The position numbers and the translations under genes were made by a program. This document shows positions 28,629-41,066 of a stretch of 64,000 nucleotides of DNA, piece by piece (position 1 is the first letter of the stretch; each line of letters opens with the position of its first letter). The stretch is from the human T2T-CHM13v2.0 reference genome, Homo sapiens: the NCBI RefSeq assembly GCF_009914755.1, contig NC_060932.1; one strand, given 5' to 3'. The notes under the pieces were generated by a model. That model was not told the origin of the DNA. It searched no databases and saw only the letters and a program-made list of their open reading frames with translations.

Positions 28629-29021
28629 TGAGACAGGAGAATACGGTCTGGAGGCAGGGAACATAAGACTGATTCATGCTGACTTCCTAGAACTAAATCA
28701 AATGGAAATACTTCAGCTATTACAGGAAATATCCTCACCATTGACACAAGGCGTAAACCCAGTAAATGTCTTTGTAACTTTACTTGATCCTCTTCATTTA
28801 CACAGGGCGTACACCAAGTAACCAATGGAAACCTCTAGAGGGTATTTAAACCCCAGAAAATTCTGTAACAGGGCTCTTGAGCCCCTATGCTCGGGGCCAC
28901 TCCCACCTCATTTTCAATAAATCTCTGCTTTTGTTGCTTCATTCTTTCCTTCCTTTGTTTGTAACTTTGTCCAGTTCTTTGTTCAAGACCCCAAGAACCT
29001 GGACACCCTCCACTGGTAGCA
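28629..29021 (+). mobile_element. ERV1 solo LTR, MER61-like
   Basis: Starts TGAGACAGGAGAATACGGTCTGGAGGCAGGGAACATAAG; contains CCAAT, TATTTAAA and AATAAA; ends CTGGTAGCA (TG...CA). Confidence 0.8.
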
Positions 29022-29896
29022 AGGGGGCCATGTGATAGAGATCCTGCCCCTCTCCTGTATGGACATTTGGACTCAGCAAGCGAGGCCAGAGTCACAGAGA
29101 CCCTCTTAAAATGACCTTGCTTTTAGATGCAGGCTGATTAGTTGCCAAAGCCCAGCAACTGGCAGGATGGGAGACATGGTGACAGTGTCTGGGTGGCTCA
29201 TGGAGCCCCTCACAGCCATGGGTGGTGGCAGGAAATGGGCAGAGGTGCCTGGTGCCCAGGGTGGGGCTACTCTCCACCTGCCTTTGTCAGGCTGCTTCCC
29301 AGTTTCTTTTTTTTGGTCTGTGTTCTTGTGTGTCTCACAATGCACTCCATTTGTTAAAGTAACTTGAGAACGTGGCCATGTCTTGTGGCTTAGAGGAGGC
29401 TAATTGTCACGGGAGACTCTCACGATCTCTCAGGAGGGAGTGGAGTTTTCTCAGAATAAAGAGCATCAGCTACAGTGAAGAATGGAAATGGGGCTAATGT
29501 CTATTGACTGGGGACTGGTGAGCAAGATCATGGCACCTCCGCACACGATGAAATCCTGCAGCTGGAAAACAGAACAAGGAAGCTCTTTGTGTACTGATAA
29601 GGAGTGATCTGCAAGATATTTTCCTAGGTGAAAAATGTGAGCTTCAGAATGGTGTAGCAAAATGAAACTCAGAAAATATCTCTAGAATATTACACCTCAT
29701 CTAATGACGCTGGTTGCCTATGAGGAGGGAAGCTGGGGGCCTGGGGGCAGTGATAGGAGAAGAAATTTTCACTAAGCATTGTGTAATAATTTTCCTAAAT
29801 CTTGAATCATGAAATTCAGTCACCTCTTTAAACAATCAAATCAGAAAAACATCTATTAAGAACATGACCTATAAAGTTGAGCAAGTCCTATGCTTG

Positions 29897-30442
<546 letters not shown>

Positions 30443-31021
30443 TGTTGTTACTGGTTTTCACACAAGGCATTTTCCATTTCCCATTTTCCTCTTAGCCTAA
30501 TAGCATGCTCCTTAAGCTACAAAACTGCAAAGCAGTGCTATCCTTTGTTTGCAGTTTTCCTTTTTCTGTTGGGTGCTCTCCATAAGATAAGGGCCATTGA
30601 GGTTGGGCCAGGTAAATTAAAACCAGCCTCTACTGTACTCAAAATTATCTCTTCTATTTGGAATGGGCTCATTGTCTTTGGACCCAGCCCATGCCTGACG
30701 CTCTCTTTCTTTAAAAAGAGTTCTTTTCCTAGCCCCTTCTTGGTCCCCACTGCAAAGTTTTCTATGGATTACATAAGCACTTCTAGATTCCCGGTGAACA
30801 CAGTTTACCTTAAGCTATTAATTAAAACATTCGTTATTATTACGGTGCCCATTTCCCATTATCTTCAATCACAGTATTTTGTGCATTGTAGTCACTGAAG
30901 TGTGACCAACATTTCATTCCCGCATAGTGATGCCTCCAGGGCTCGTGGACTGGACAGTCTAGGGTCGTGCTCTGCTCTGCAGGAGACAGGGAGCACCCAA
31001 GCCAAGTTGGTTCCTACCTTC

Positions 31022-31040
31022 CCGGCACTAGGGGGTGCTG
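31022..31040 (+). promoter_or_regulatory. CTCF-like motif
   Basis: CCGGCACTAGGGGGTGCTG versus consensus TGGCCACCAGGGGGCGCTA. Confidence 0.45.
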
Positions 31041-31790
31041 TCTTGTTTAGCTATTTTCTTAGTTTTATTTTTGCCTTTGAATAGATGTGCCTGCTGCACT
31101 TACATCTCCCTGCAAGGATAGCAAAAGCTATAGGAAGATGATTGTGGAAAGGAAAATAGGGTCTGTGCAACGAGCTGTCTGGCTTCCTCTCTGTGGGGAA
31201 TGAGCATTAAGACATTCCCAGGCTCAGTAGGTCTGGAATGGGACCGAGATATGTGCATTCTAGTAACTATTCAGGTGATATTCAAAGCCACAGATGGGTC
31301 TTTTATTTCATTCGTGATTTGCTTTTCCCATCTTTTCTTTAAAATGTGTCTGCCGACTCTCACTCATGGTGGTATTGCCCCTCCTGGGCCTGCTGATCTC
31401 TGACTGTGTATTTATTAGATCTTCATCTGTGGGAGTCTTCTCGGCTTAGGTTGGGGGTGCTCTCTTTAGGGAAGATTTGCATCTGCTTCTTCTGAGAGCC
31501 ATGGGTCACTGCCAGCTTGGAACCATTTAGAGCTCCTCGTGAGTTCTGGTTTAATGAAGGTCTTAGGTTTGGCCTCCCCTCCTCATTGCTGGCCCAAGAG
31601 TGAGGATCTGGATCATTTGCTCTTAGGGTAGTTCTGCTCCTCCCTGCTTGCTCACTGCTTCCAGCTCTAATTTCTACTTATAGTTTGCTCCATTTCATGT
31701 GGAGGAGTCCCTTGGCAACATCCTCTATCTCCTACAAGCCCATCTCATCTATGTTTTATCTAGGATGTAATTGTTTTGCAGAAGGAGAGC

Positions 31791-32158
31791 TGTATTAGTC
31801 CGTTCTCATGCTACTAATAAGGACATACCTGAGACTGGGTAATGTATAAAGGAGAGAAGTGTAATTGACTCATAGCTCCACAGGGCTGAGGAAGCCTCAG
31901 GAAACTTATAATCCTGGTGGAAGGGGAAACAAGCACATCCTTCTTCACATGGCGGCAGCAAGGAGAAGTGCCGAGCAAAAGGGGGAAAAGTTCCTTATAA
32001 AACCATCAGATCTTGTGAGAACTCACTCACTGTCAGGAGAACAGCATGAGGGTAACCGCCTCCATGATTCAATTACCTCCCACCGGGTCTCATATGTGGG
32101 GATTATGGGATTACAATTCAAGATGAGATTTAGGTGGGGACACAGCCAAACCATATCA
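31791..32158 (-). mobile_element. THE1 (THE1C/D-like) solo LTR
   Basis: TGTATTAGTCCGTTCTCATGCT...CACAGCCAAACCATATCA; 5-bp TSD AGAGC/AGGGC. Confidence 0.9.
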
Positions 32159-32669
32159 AGGGCCTATGAGAATATTTGGTCTGAGATGTTATCAGTGGAA
32201 GTCTTTTTTTTTTTAATGCAGATGTTCTTATTTCTATGAGACAAAATGGTAATACATCTATTGTGAGGGAATTATTCATCAAACATATGCAGTTTTATCA
32301 TTCTGCACTGTAGGAAGGTTGAAGGAACACGTGTCTGGGTGTAGTTTGTGTGTTACTTCTCACAGAATTACTGGTGTATTATATTATGTTCTATTCTGGG
32401 TGTCTTGAGGCCTGATAAGACAAGCATGGCCATGAGAAATTCTATAATTCCACTCGTGTCTCCACCTACCTTTTTCTTCCCTTTTGTCCAGTAAAGGAGG
32501 TGTCTCTGTTGCATCAAAGCCCACCCCACACAGTGGGTTCTAGATCCCGTCCCCTTCATCTTCTCAAGGACCCTGCTCCATTGGAATCCTCCCTCTGCTG
32601 CACCATCAACTCCCTCGCAGGGAGACAGTTCCCATCCCACATTTTCCCATCTTTAAAAAACCCACCCTT

Positions 32670-33164
32670 GGCCAGGTTTGGTGGTTCACACCTGTAATCC
32701 CAAGACTTTGGGAGGCTGAGACAGGAGGATCACTTGAGCCCAGGAGTTCAAGACCAACCTGGGCAACATGGTGAAACCCCATCTTTACAAAAAATAAAAA
32801 ATTAGCTGGGCATGGTGGCACCCAGAGAGCCAGGGGTCACTGCCAGCTTGGAACCATTTAGAGCTCCTAATGAGTTCTGGTTTAATGAAGGTCTTAGTTT
32901 CGGCCTCTCCCCCTCGCTGCTGGCCCAAGAGTGAGGATCTCGATCGTGGCACATCTACCATAATTTACTCTTAGGGTAGTTCTGCTCCTCTCTGCTTGCT
33001 TACTGCTTCCAGGTGCTTGGGAGGCTGAGGTGGGAGGATCACTTCAGCCCAGGTGGTCAAAGCTATAGTGAGCCATGATCATACTACTGCACTCCAGCCT
33101 GGCTGACAGAGCAAGACCCTGTCTTAAAACAAAACAAAACAAAACAAAACAAAACAAAACAAAA
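32670..33164 (+). mobile_element. AluJ-like element interrupted by a 188-bp non-Alu insert, with (AAAAC)n tail
   Basis: TSD AAAACCCACCCTT on both flanks; insert at 32825-33012. Confidence 0.9.
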
Positions 33165-33929
33165 CCCACCCTTGACCCCACCTACCCTAATTCACTTTTC
33201 TATTCCTCTTAGGAACCAGATCTCTCAAAATATATGTCTATAGCTGCCACTTTCCCTTTTTCACTCTCCATTTGCCTTTGCTTTTACTTGGTTTCTATTT
33301 TTAGCAAGGTTATTTGCACATATTTTAAAGACTCAAGAGTTCTATAAGACTTGTTATGAAAACCAACAGTCCTCTGCTTTCCCCATCAGAGACAACTACT
33401 TACAACTCTTGTAGCTGCTTTTTCTTTTTGGCATTTAGCTCTGTGTTTCTGAATAAAATGCTAGTATTGGGCTACTTAATGATCCCTCAATTGTGAGCAG
33501 TAGCTATTGACTGCCCCTACAGAGGAGGAGGATTTAGCTCTCATTCTTTCCCCTTCCCACAGCATGCACATACATTCTTTCCACCTCCTACCATTCCTGC
33601 ATGGTTACATCTTAACTTTCCTTGGTTCAGTAATCCATGTTTACTTTATTTTGATTATATAGTGATATCGAGAGCAGAGTCATCTAGTAAGCTTAGACTA
33701 CTTTTTCTTCCTTACACAACTTTTAATTTTCCTTGGGAATAATTTTTTATTTGCTTAGTTTTCTACTTATTACCAGTCCAACTTCAAACTGCCATAATTT
33801 ATCTTTCTGCTCAAAACGTCTAGATTTATGCTATTAGTTTTGTCCTCTTGAAGAATCCCTTCCAAAACCTCTGACTTTCTCCAATTTGGATTGTCTCCAA
33901 ACCACCCTCAAGACCTGGTGTAGCACTGT

Positions 33930-34398
33930 TTTGTTTTGTTGTGTTTTCTTTTTCTTTTAACTTTTATTTTAGGTTCAGGGGTACATGTGCAGATTTGTTA
34001 TATGGGTAAACTTGTGTCATGGAAGTCTGGTGTACAGATTATTTAGTCACCCAAATACTAAGCCTAGTACCTGATAGTTATTTTTTCTGCTCCTCTCCCT
34101 CCTCCCACTCTCCACCCTCAGGTAGACCCCCGTGTCTGTTGCTACCCTCTTTGTGTCCATGAATTCTTATCATTTAGCTCATACTTATAAGTGAGAACAT
34201 ATGATATTTGGTTTTCTGTTCCTGTGTTAGTTTGCAAAGGATAGTGGCCTCCAGCCCCATCCATGTTACTGCAAAGGACATGATCTCACTCTTTAAAATG
34301 GCTGCATTTAATGGTGTGTATGTACCACATTTTCTGTATTCGAGCTGCCGTTGATGGGCATTTAGGTTGATCCTATGTCTTTGTTATTATGAATAGAA
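33930..34398 (-). mobile_element. L1PA/PB 3' end
   Basis: TTTTAGGTTCAGGGGTACATGTGCAG...CTTATAAGTGAGAACAT...GTTGATGGGCATTTAGGTTGA. Confidence 0.9.
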
Positions 34399-34399
34399 C

Positions 34400-36169
34400 A
34401 GTTTCTTTGGAGGTCTTTTCATCAGTCTAGGGATTCCCTTCATCTTTTGCCTGGGTCCTGGCTCCAAACTTTTCTTTCCTGTTTTGGTGGAATGCGTCTT
34501 CTAGTTACTTCTTCAGAAGTGCATGTGAGGTAAAATTTTTGAGACCTTGCAAATATAAATGCCTTTATTTTGACTTTTCACTTAATTGATGGCTAGGAAT
34601 AAAAAATCTAGGCTTAAAATAATTTATTCAGAATTTTGAAGGCTACAGTCCACTGTATTCTAGCCTCTAGTCTTGTGATTGAGAATTCCAAAGACATTCT
34701 GATTCTTTTAAAACTTCTGTTTTTTATTTTTAGATACAGGGTCTTGCTATGCTACCCAGGTTGGATTTGAACTCCTAGGCTCAAGGGATCCTCCCACCGT
34801 AGCTTTCCAAGTAGCTGGGATGATAGACACTTGTCACCATTCCTATCTGGCATTCTGATTCTTAATCTTATGTATGTGACACATTTTTCTCTTGGAAGCT
34901 TGTAGGATCTTCTCTTTGTCCCCAGGTTTCTGAAAATTTATGATGGCATTCTTTGGGGTACGTTTAATCCGTTTTGACAGTTTAATTCTAGAAAAATTTC
35001 TTGAATTATTTCATTGGTGATTTCTTCCCTTCTGTGCTCTCTTATCTCTTTCTGGAATCCCTATTATTTGGGTGCTGGATCTCCTAGACTGATCCTCTAA
35101 TTTTCTTTTCTATATTCTGTTTTTTTTTTTTTTTTTTGGCCTTTTCATGCCTCAGTTTCGTTTTTCTAGCTCTCTACTAAGTTTTTCACTTCTTCCATCA
35201 TATATTTAATTACCAAGGGCTTTTTGTGGTTGTTGATTGTTCTCTAAAGGTTCTATTTTATTTGTATTCTTTTCTTTTTTTAGGGTTGTAACATCTCCTC
35301 TGATCTCTCTGAGGACATTAAATACAGTTTTCTTGACGTTTTCTTCCTCTTATATAGTTCCCATTTTTTTCCAAGTAGCTCTTTTGCATTAGAGTCTTTC
35401 TTCAGATATCTTTTAATACCTGCTGTCTGCTTATCCTTGACTGTGGAAACCAAAAAAGCTGATTTGAAGCTTTGTTCACCTGAGTGGAACTTACCCACTA
35501 TGAGCTTCACAGTAGGGCAATCTGGCTTGACTATTTCCTTGGGCAGCCCTGATGTATCGTTAGGTGTTTTCTCTGGATTGGTTGGTTTTCCAAGAGAATC
35601 TTTCCTACGTGTGCTCTGGCAGGTGAGGAGGGAAAGAAGCCTGAAAGTCTCAGCACAGGTAAGCATACAGTCTCTTAATTGTCCTATTTGATATTCCAGT
35701 CAAGAGACTCATTGTTTGATCTTTTCCAGAGAATGAATCCAGTCTTCTGCCAGGATGGGGAAGGGCATCTATTAAGAGTATGGTAGGGGTCTGCAAATAT
35801 AATTCCTTTTTAAATTGCTTTCAACTAATTCTCCTTATTTTAATGCCAATTCCCACCCACTTGCCCTACCTCTATTTTTAAAGTTTCCGGTGCCACTAAC
35901 TCCTGAGACTTTGAAAAATTTGAGGTGCAAATGGTGTTGGTTTTAAGTTTCCTCACTACTGACATAGGATTCCACCTTCTTCAGCCCACTAAATTAGCTA
36001 AAACTTCTCCAAATGGTTTCCAGCTTTCAAAATACTGTGGCATTTTTGTCCTCTCCCCGTCTTACCATCCTCATGGGTTTATGTTAAAGATAATCACTTT
36101 AGTGTTTGTGTGTGTGCGTGTTTGGCTTGAGAAACAAGTAAAATTACATGCATGTGTTCCCATCTACTC

Positions 36170-36170
<1 letters not shown>
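34400..36170 (-). mobile_element. Degenerate old L1M region, including an Alu monomer/fragment at 34709-34850
   Basis: T-rich reversed L1 ORF1-like sequence; the Alu fragment has TSD CATTCTGATTCTT. Confidence 0.6.
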
Positions 36171-37375
<1,205 letters not shown>

Positions 37376-38689
37376 TCTGCACCAGACTTGCTTTTCCCAC
37401 TAGGGCCCCTTGTTAATTCCCTGGATGCTACCACTTCTGGGTACTAGTCTCCTGCTAGGACATGGAGCTCTAGAGGTGCCAAAGCACATCTCTCTCCCAC
37501 TTTTGTACATGTTGCTTCTGGTCAGAAGAGTGCCAAATGAGTGGAATCTATCCCTGAACATCAAAGAGCTTTGAGTGAAATTATTTTCCAAGTTTCACTT
37601 ATAGCCTCCTCCTTTCTATAGGATTTGGCCACAGGTTCACGGAGGAAGGGAATTTGGGGAGCCGAGGAATGAGCGGGGCAGGAAGCACATACGAACGTCC
37701 TGCACCAGGCTGCACTAAGAACCTTCCCTCTGTTTGATGGCTAAGGCCTTGCTTTGTGAGCAAGCTTGCTGTCCTAAAACCTTCCTCCCGGAAGGATTCT
37801 CAGTCTGTTAAGAAAATAGAGGCCACCCAAACCTTTGTCAAGATATGTTTAGAAATATTTGAATAATTTAGCTTTAACCTATTCCCCACCACCACTACCA
37901 CCTACTTTTCTTTAATTCTCTAATCACCACTATTCCCCCCTAGAATATCTGCATGCATTCTTGAGGTACATTGTCCTTTCTAATGTAGGGCTTATTCAGT
38001 AGGGTGCTTTTTAAATATATTTTTAAAAATCCTAAAATTCTGTTCTTTTTTGAGATGCTTTGATAAGAGTAAAACTACCTGCTTTCTGGCCTCTGTGATA
38101 GCAGCAGTTCTCTGAGATTCATTAAGTTGCTTGCTGGTAGCTGAGAACTTGAAATGCACATCAGTTAATTCAACCTTGTGAAAGAATGTATCAGGAGACA
38201 AAATCAACAATGCAGATAATTCAAACATTCTACCAGCCCACACATCATTTTTCCTAACTTATTTCTCCTCAGAGCTGCCAGGCTAAAACTCTGTGCAACA
38301 TAGATAATAAACAAATTCAAATCATCATTTTTCTATTCATGGCCTGTTCCTGAATTTGGTCATATGACTGTTTATGAGGGAGTTCTCAACTGTGGAGGGA
38401 GTATTTTTTTACCCTGTTTTCAGTAACTGTTCTATTTTTCTCGATTCTGAATAGGATTACTCATAGCATAGATGCTTCTTGGAATTGGAATTTTTTTCTC
38501 AAGGCTTTAATCATTTCTGATTTTCCTCCCGTGAACTGTAGGACAGCACATGTGGCTTTCCTGCAATGGGATCGTCCTTCAAGAGGACCTCACAGGCTCT
38601 CCACCCGGACTGTGACGTAAGCAGCTGCAGCAGCCTTGGATGTTTCTGGATAGCCAGCCCCATGAGAACAGCTTTAAAATAGGAGACTG

Positions 38690-38936
38690 GCATTGTGATG
38701 AAGTGTGGACTTCGCTGTCATATAGACCTGGATTTAAATCCTGGCTTCAGTGTTTATGGATGACGTTGGACAAGTCATTTAACCTCCTTAAGTCTCAGAG
38801 TTCTCATTACGGAAATGGAGCTCTTAATAGTACCTACCCCCTAGTGTGGTTGTGAGGGTTGAGATCATCTATGTTCAAAGTGCTTATTATACAGAGACGG
38901 GGACATGTAAGTGCTACATAAATGTTAGCTTTTATT
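38690..38936 (+). mobile_element. MIR
   Basis: AGACCTGGATTTAAATCCTGGCT...GGACAAGTCATTTAACCTC...TAAATGTTAGCTTTTATT. Confidence 0.8.
38931..38936 (-). terminator. AATAAA polyadenylation signal of the antisense transcript
   Basis: TTTATT on the + strand, ~40 nt past the stop of the 105-aa minus ORF. Confidence 0.6.
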
Positions 38937-38975
38937 AGTCACTGGAGTGGAGGAGAGAGGACTGTTGCCTCCTTG

Positions 38976-39293
38976 TCAATGTCCCCATCCTGGGAAGCCT
39001 GCCTGTGTGCACCAAGGCCCATCTGACCCATATATCAGAAAAGGTGCCCTTCTAGGGAGCGACACCCCCCACCAAGCCCCCCAGTCGCTGTCCATGCTTT
39101 CCTCTAGGTTCAAAATGCAGCTGCATCTGTGCAGAAACCAGGTGTTGCCTGTGAGTTCTGCCTCGCTGGCCAGAGGTGGAAGGAAGGAGGAAAGGAGAGG
39201 GGCCTCCATACTTCCAGAGCCCCACTGGGGGTTACCTTCGCTTGCCCCCACTCTTTTTGTCTTGCTCTGAGGATGCCAGGACTTTAAGGACAT
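38976..39293 (-). CDS. BAALC-AS2: Putative 105-aa ORF of BAALC-AS2/C8orf56; translation doubtful
   Basis: ATG 25 nt after the predicted acceptor, ORF fully inside the exon. Resembles the hypothetical C8orf56 product as I recall it. No recognisable domain. Confidence 0.3.
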   Translation of the reverse strand: MSLKSWHPQSKTKRVGASEGNPQWGSGSMEAPLLSSFLPPLASEAELTGNTWFLHRCSCILNLEESMDSDWGAWWGVSLPRRAPFLIYGSDGPWCTQAGFPGWGH

Positions 39294-40667
39294 TGTCAGC
39301 GAGCACGTAAGTTCACCCCTGCAAGGTCAAAGGCAGGACAGAAAGAAGACCCAAAGGTCCCAGTTAGTCAAGGAAAAACAATCACAAGAATAAAACATTT
39401 TTAAAGATTAAAATAATAGCTGCCATCTGTTGAGCAGTTGCTATGTGTTAGGACTTGTGTGAAACATGTTCACACAGTCTCTCTGCTTCCTCACAATACT
39501 GTGAAGTAGGTATTGTGCTTAATTGAACATAGGTTCATTTAAGAAAACAAATGTAAATATCATTCTAATCCTTGATTTAATTACCTCAAATTCAGGCAGA
39601 AGCAGATCAGCCCACCCTAATGGGCAGTGTACCAGGAGCTTCGTGTGTAGGGACAACTTTCACCTTCAAAATGCCCTGCGGGCTGCCTCAGCTTCTTTTC
39701 CACCAGCCCCTGGGCTCCCAGCTGTCTCAAGAGGCAGTGTTTTGCTGGGTAGTTACAGTGAAAGACCGGATTGTCCTGCTCATGTTACCCCCGTCTCCCT
39801 ATTTACTATAATCAGGAAGTCATGTTTTTCATTTAGGATAAGGCAATTACTCTTCTGTTGACTGAAGTCCAGCAAAAAGCAAACTGAATCTCATTTCCAC
39901 ATTAATGCAATGGGGGCAGGATGGAGAGGCAGCCTGATTTCCTGGTGTCTCAGCCTCTCTCTTCTATATCTGTATCTCCTCTGATGGAAGCATCTGTCGT
40001 AATAGCAACAACCAAGATAGCATTGAGAGAGTAAACTATTGTAGTCCCTTTCCCTCATCTTGGGAAATGATGAATAAAAGTCACCATCTGCTCCCCTGAG
40101 CCTTGCTGTGGTGCGACCTAACTTTACACGCAAGTACAACGAATGACCTGCCCCATCCTAAGAAGCAGTAGAATAATATGAAAAAGACTTTTTTTTCTGC
40201 TCTGCCTGGGTAGACAAGCAACTCTTTGCCAAGGGAAAGGAATAAGACATATCATGTCTCTTTAATGATTGAAGATCCAGGTTAACTGTGGTAGAATTAA
40301 GCAAAGAGCAAACAAATGTTCTGAATGTGTTTTCTTTTCTCTCAGAGAAAGAATCTCAGTCATCTGGACTGCTTTGTGCTATATGAAAATCTCTGAGAAC
40401 CTTCAAGAGCCCAAAAACAGTTCTCCTCCATGCTGTATGCCATGGTCAGTGGTTAAAGAGAACATTTTGTTCCACTCCTCCAGCTCTGCCTTAGAAACCC
40501 AAGCCCTGCACTCCAAGGCTCCTGGCATCGTACACCAGCACCAGCAATTTTCTGCCAAAAGCATCAGCCAAAATCTATTCTATCTATTTCAGTTCCTCTC
40601 TTTTCATCGGATTGTATTTTTACAGGTGATTGCTGATTCTCACACTGCTCTTCAGATTCATGTACAG

Positions 40668-41066
40668 CTGTGGTCTGAATGTGTGTGTTTTCTCAAAATT
40701 CAAGTTTAAAACTTAATCCTCAATGTGATAGTATCAACAGCTGCGGCCTTTTGGAAAGTGAAGGTGGAGCCCTCGTGAGTGGGATTAGAGCTCTTATAAA
40801 AGAGATTGAAGGGAGCTACCTAGCCCTTCCATCTCTTCTGCCTTGTGAGGACACAGTGTTCATCCCTTTTGTCTTCCCACCATTTGAAGATGCAGAAAGA
40901 AGGTGCCATCTTGGAAGCAAAGAGCAGCCCTCACCAGACACCAAGTCTGCTGGCACCTTGATCTTGGACTTCCCAGCCTCCAGGACTGTGAGAAATGAAT
41001 TTCTGTTGTTTATAAATTACCTAGTCTAAGGTATGCTGTTACAGTAGCAGGAATGGACTAAGACAC
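40668..41066 (+). mobile_element. MaLR LTR (MST/MLT1A-like)
   Basis: TGTGGTCTGAATGTG...GGCACCTTGATCTTGGACTTCCCAGCCTCCAGGACTGTGAGAAAT...GGACTAAGACA. Confidence 0.85.

Larger units (their letters stand above)
38914..39318 (-). ncRNA. BAALC-AS2: BAALC antisense RNA 2 (C8orf56) terminal exon; 3' end approximate
   Basis: Minus strand: branch point TGACTAAC (39370-39363), pyrimidine tract TCTTCTTTCTGTCCTGCCTTTGACCTTGCAG, acceptor AG at 39320-39319, AATAAA at 38936-38931. Name and position from recall of the locus. Confidence 0.65.
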
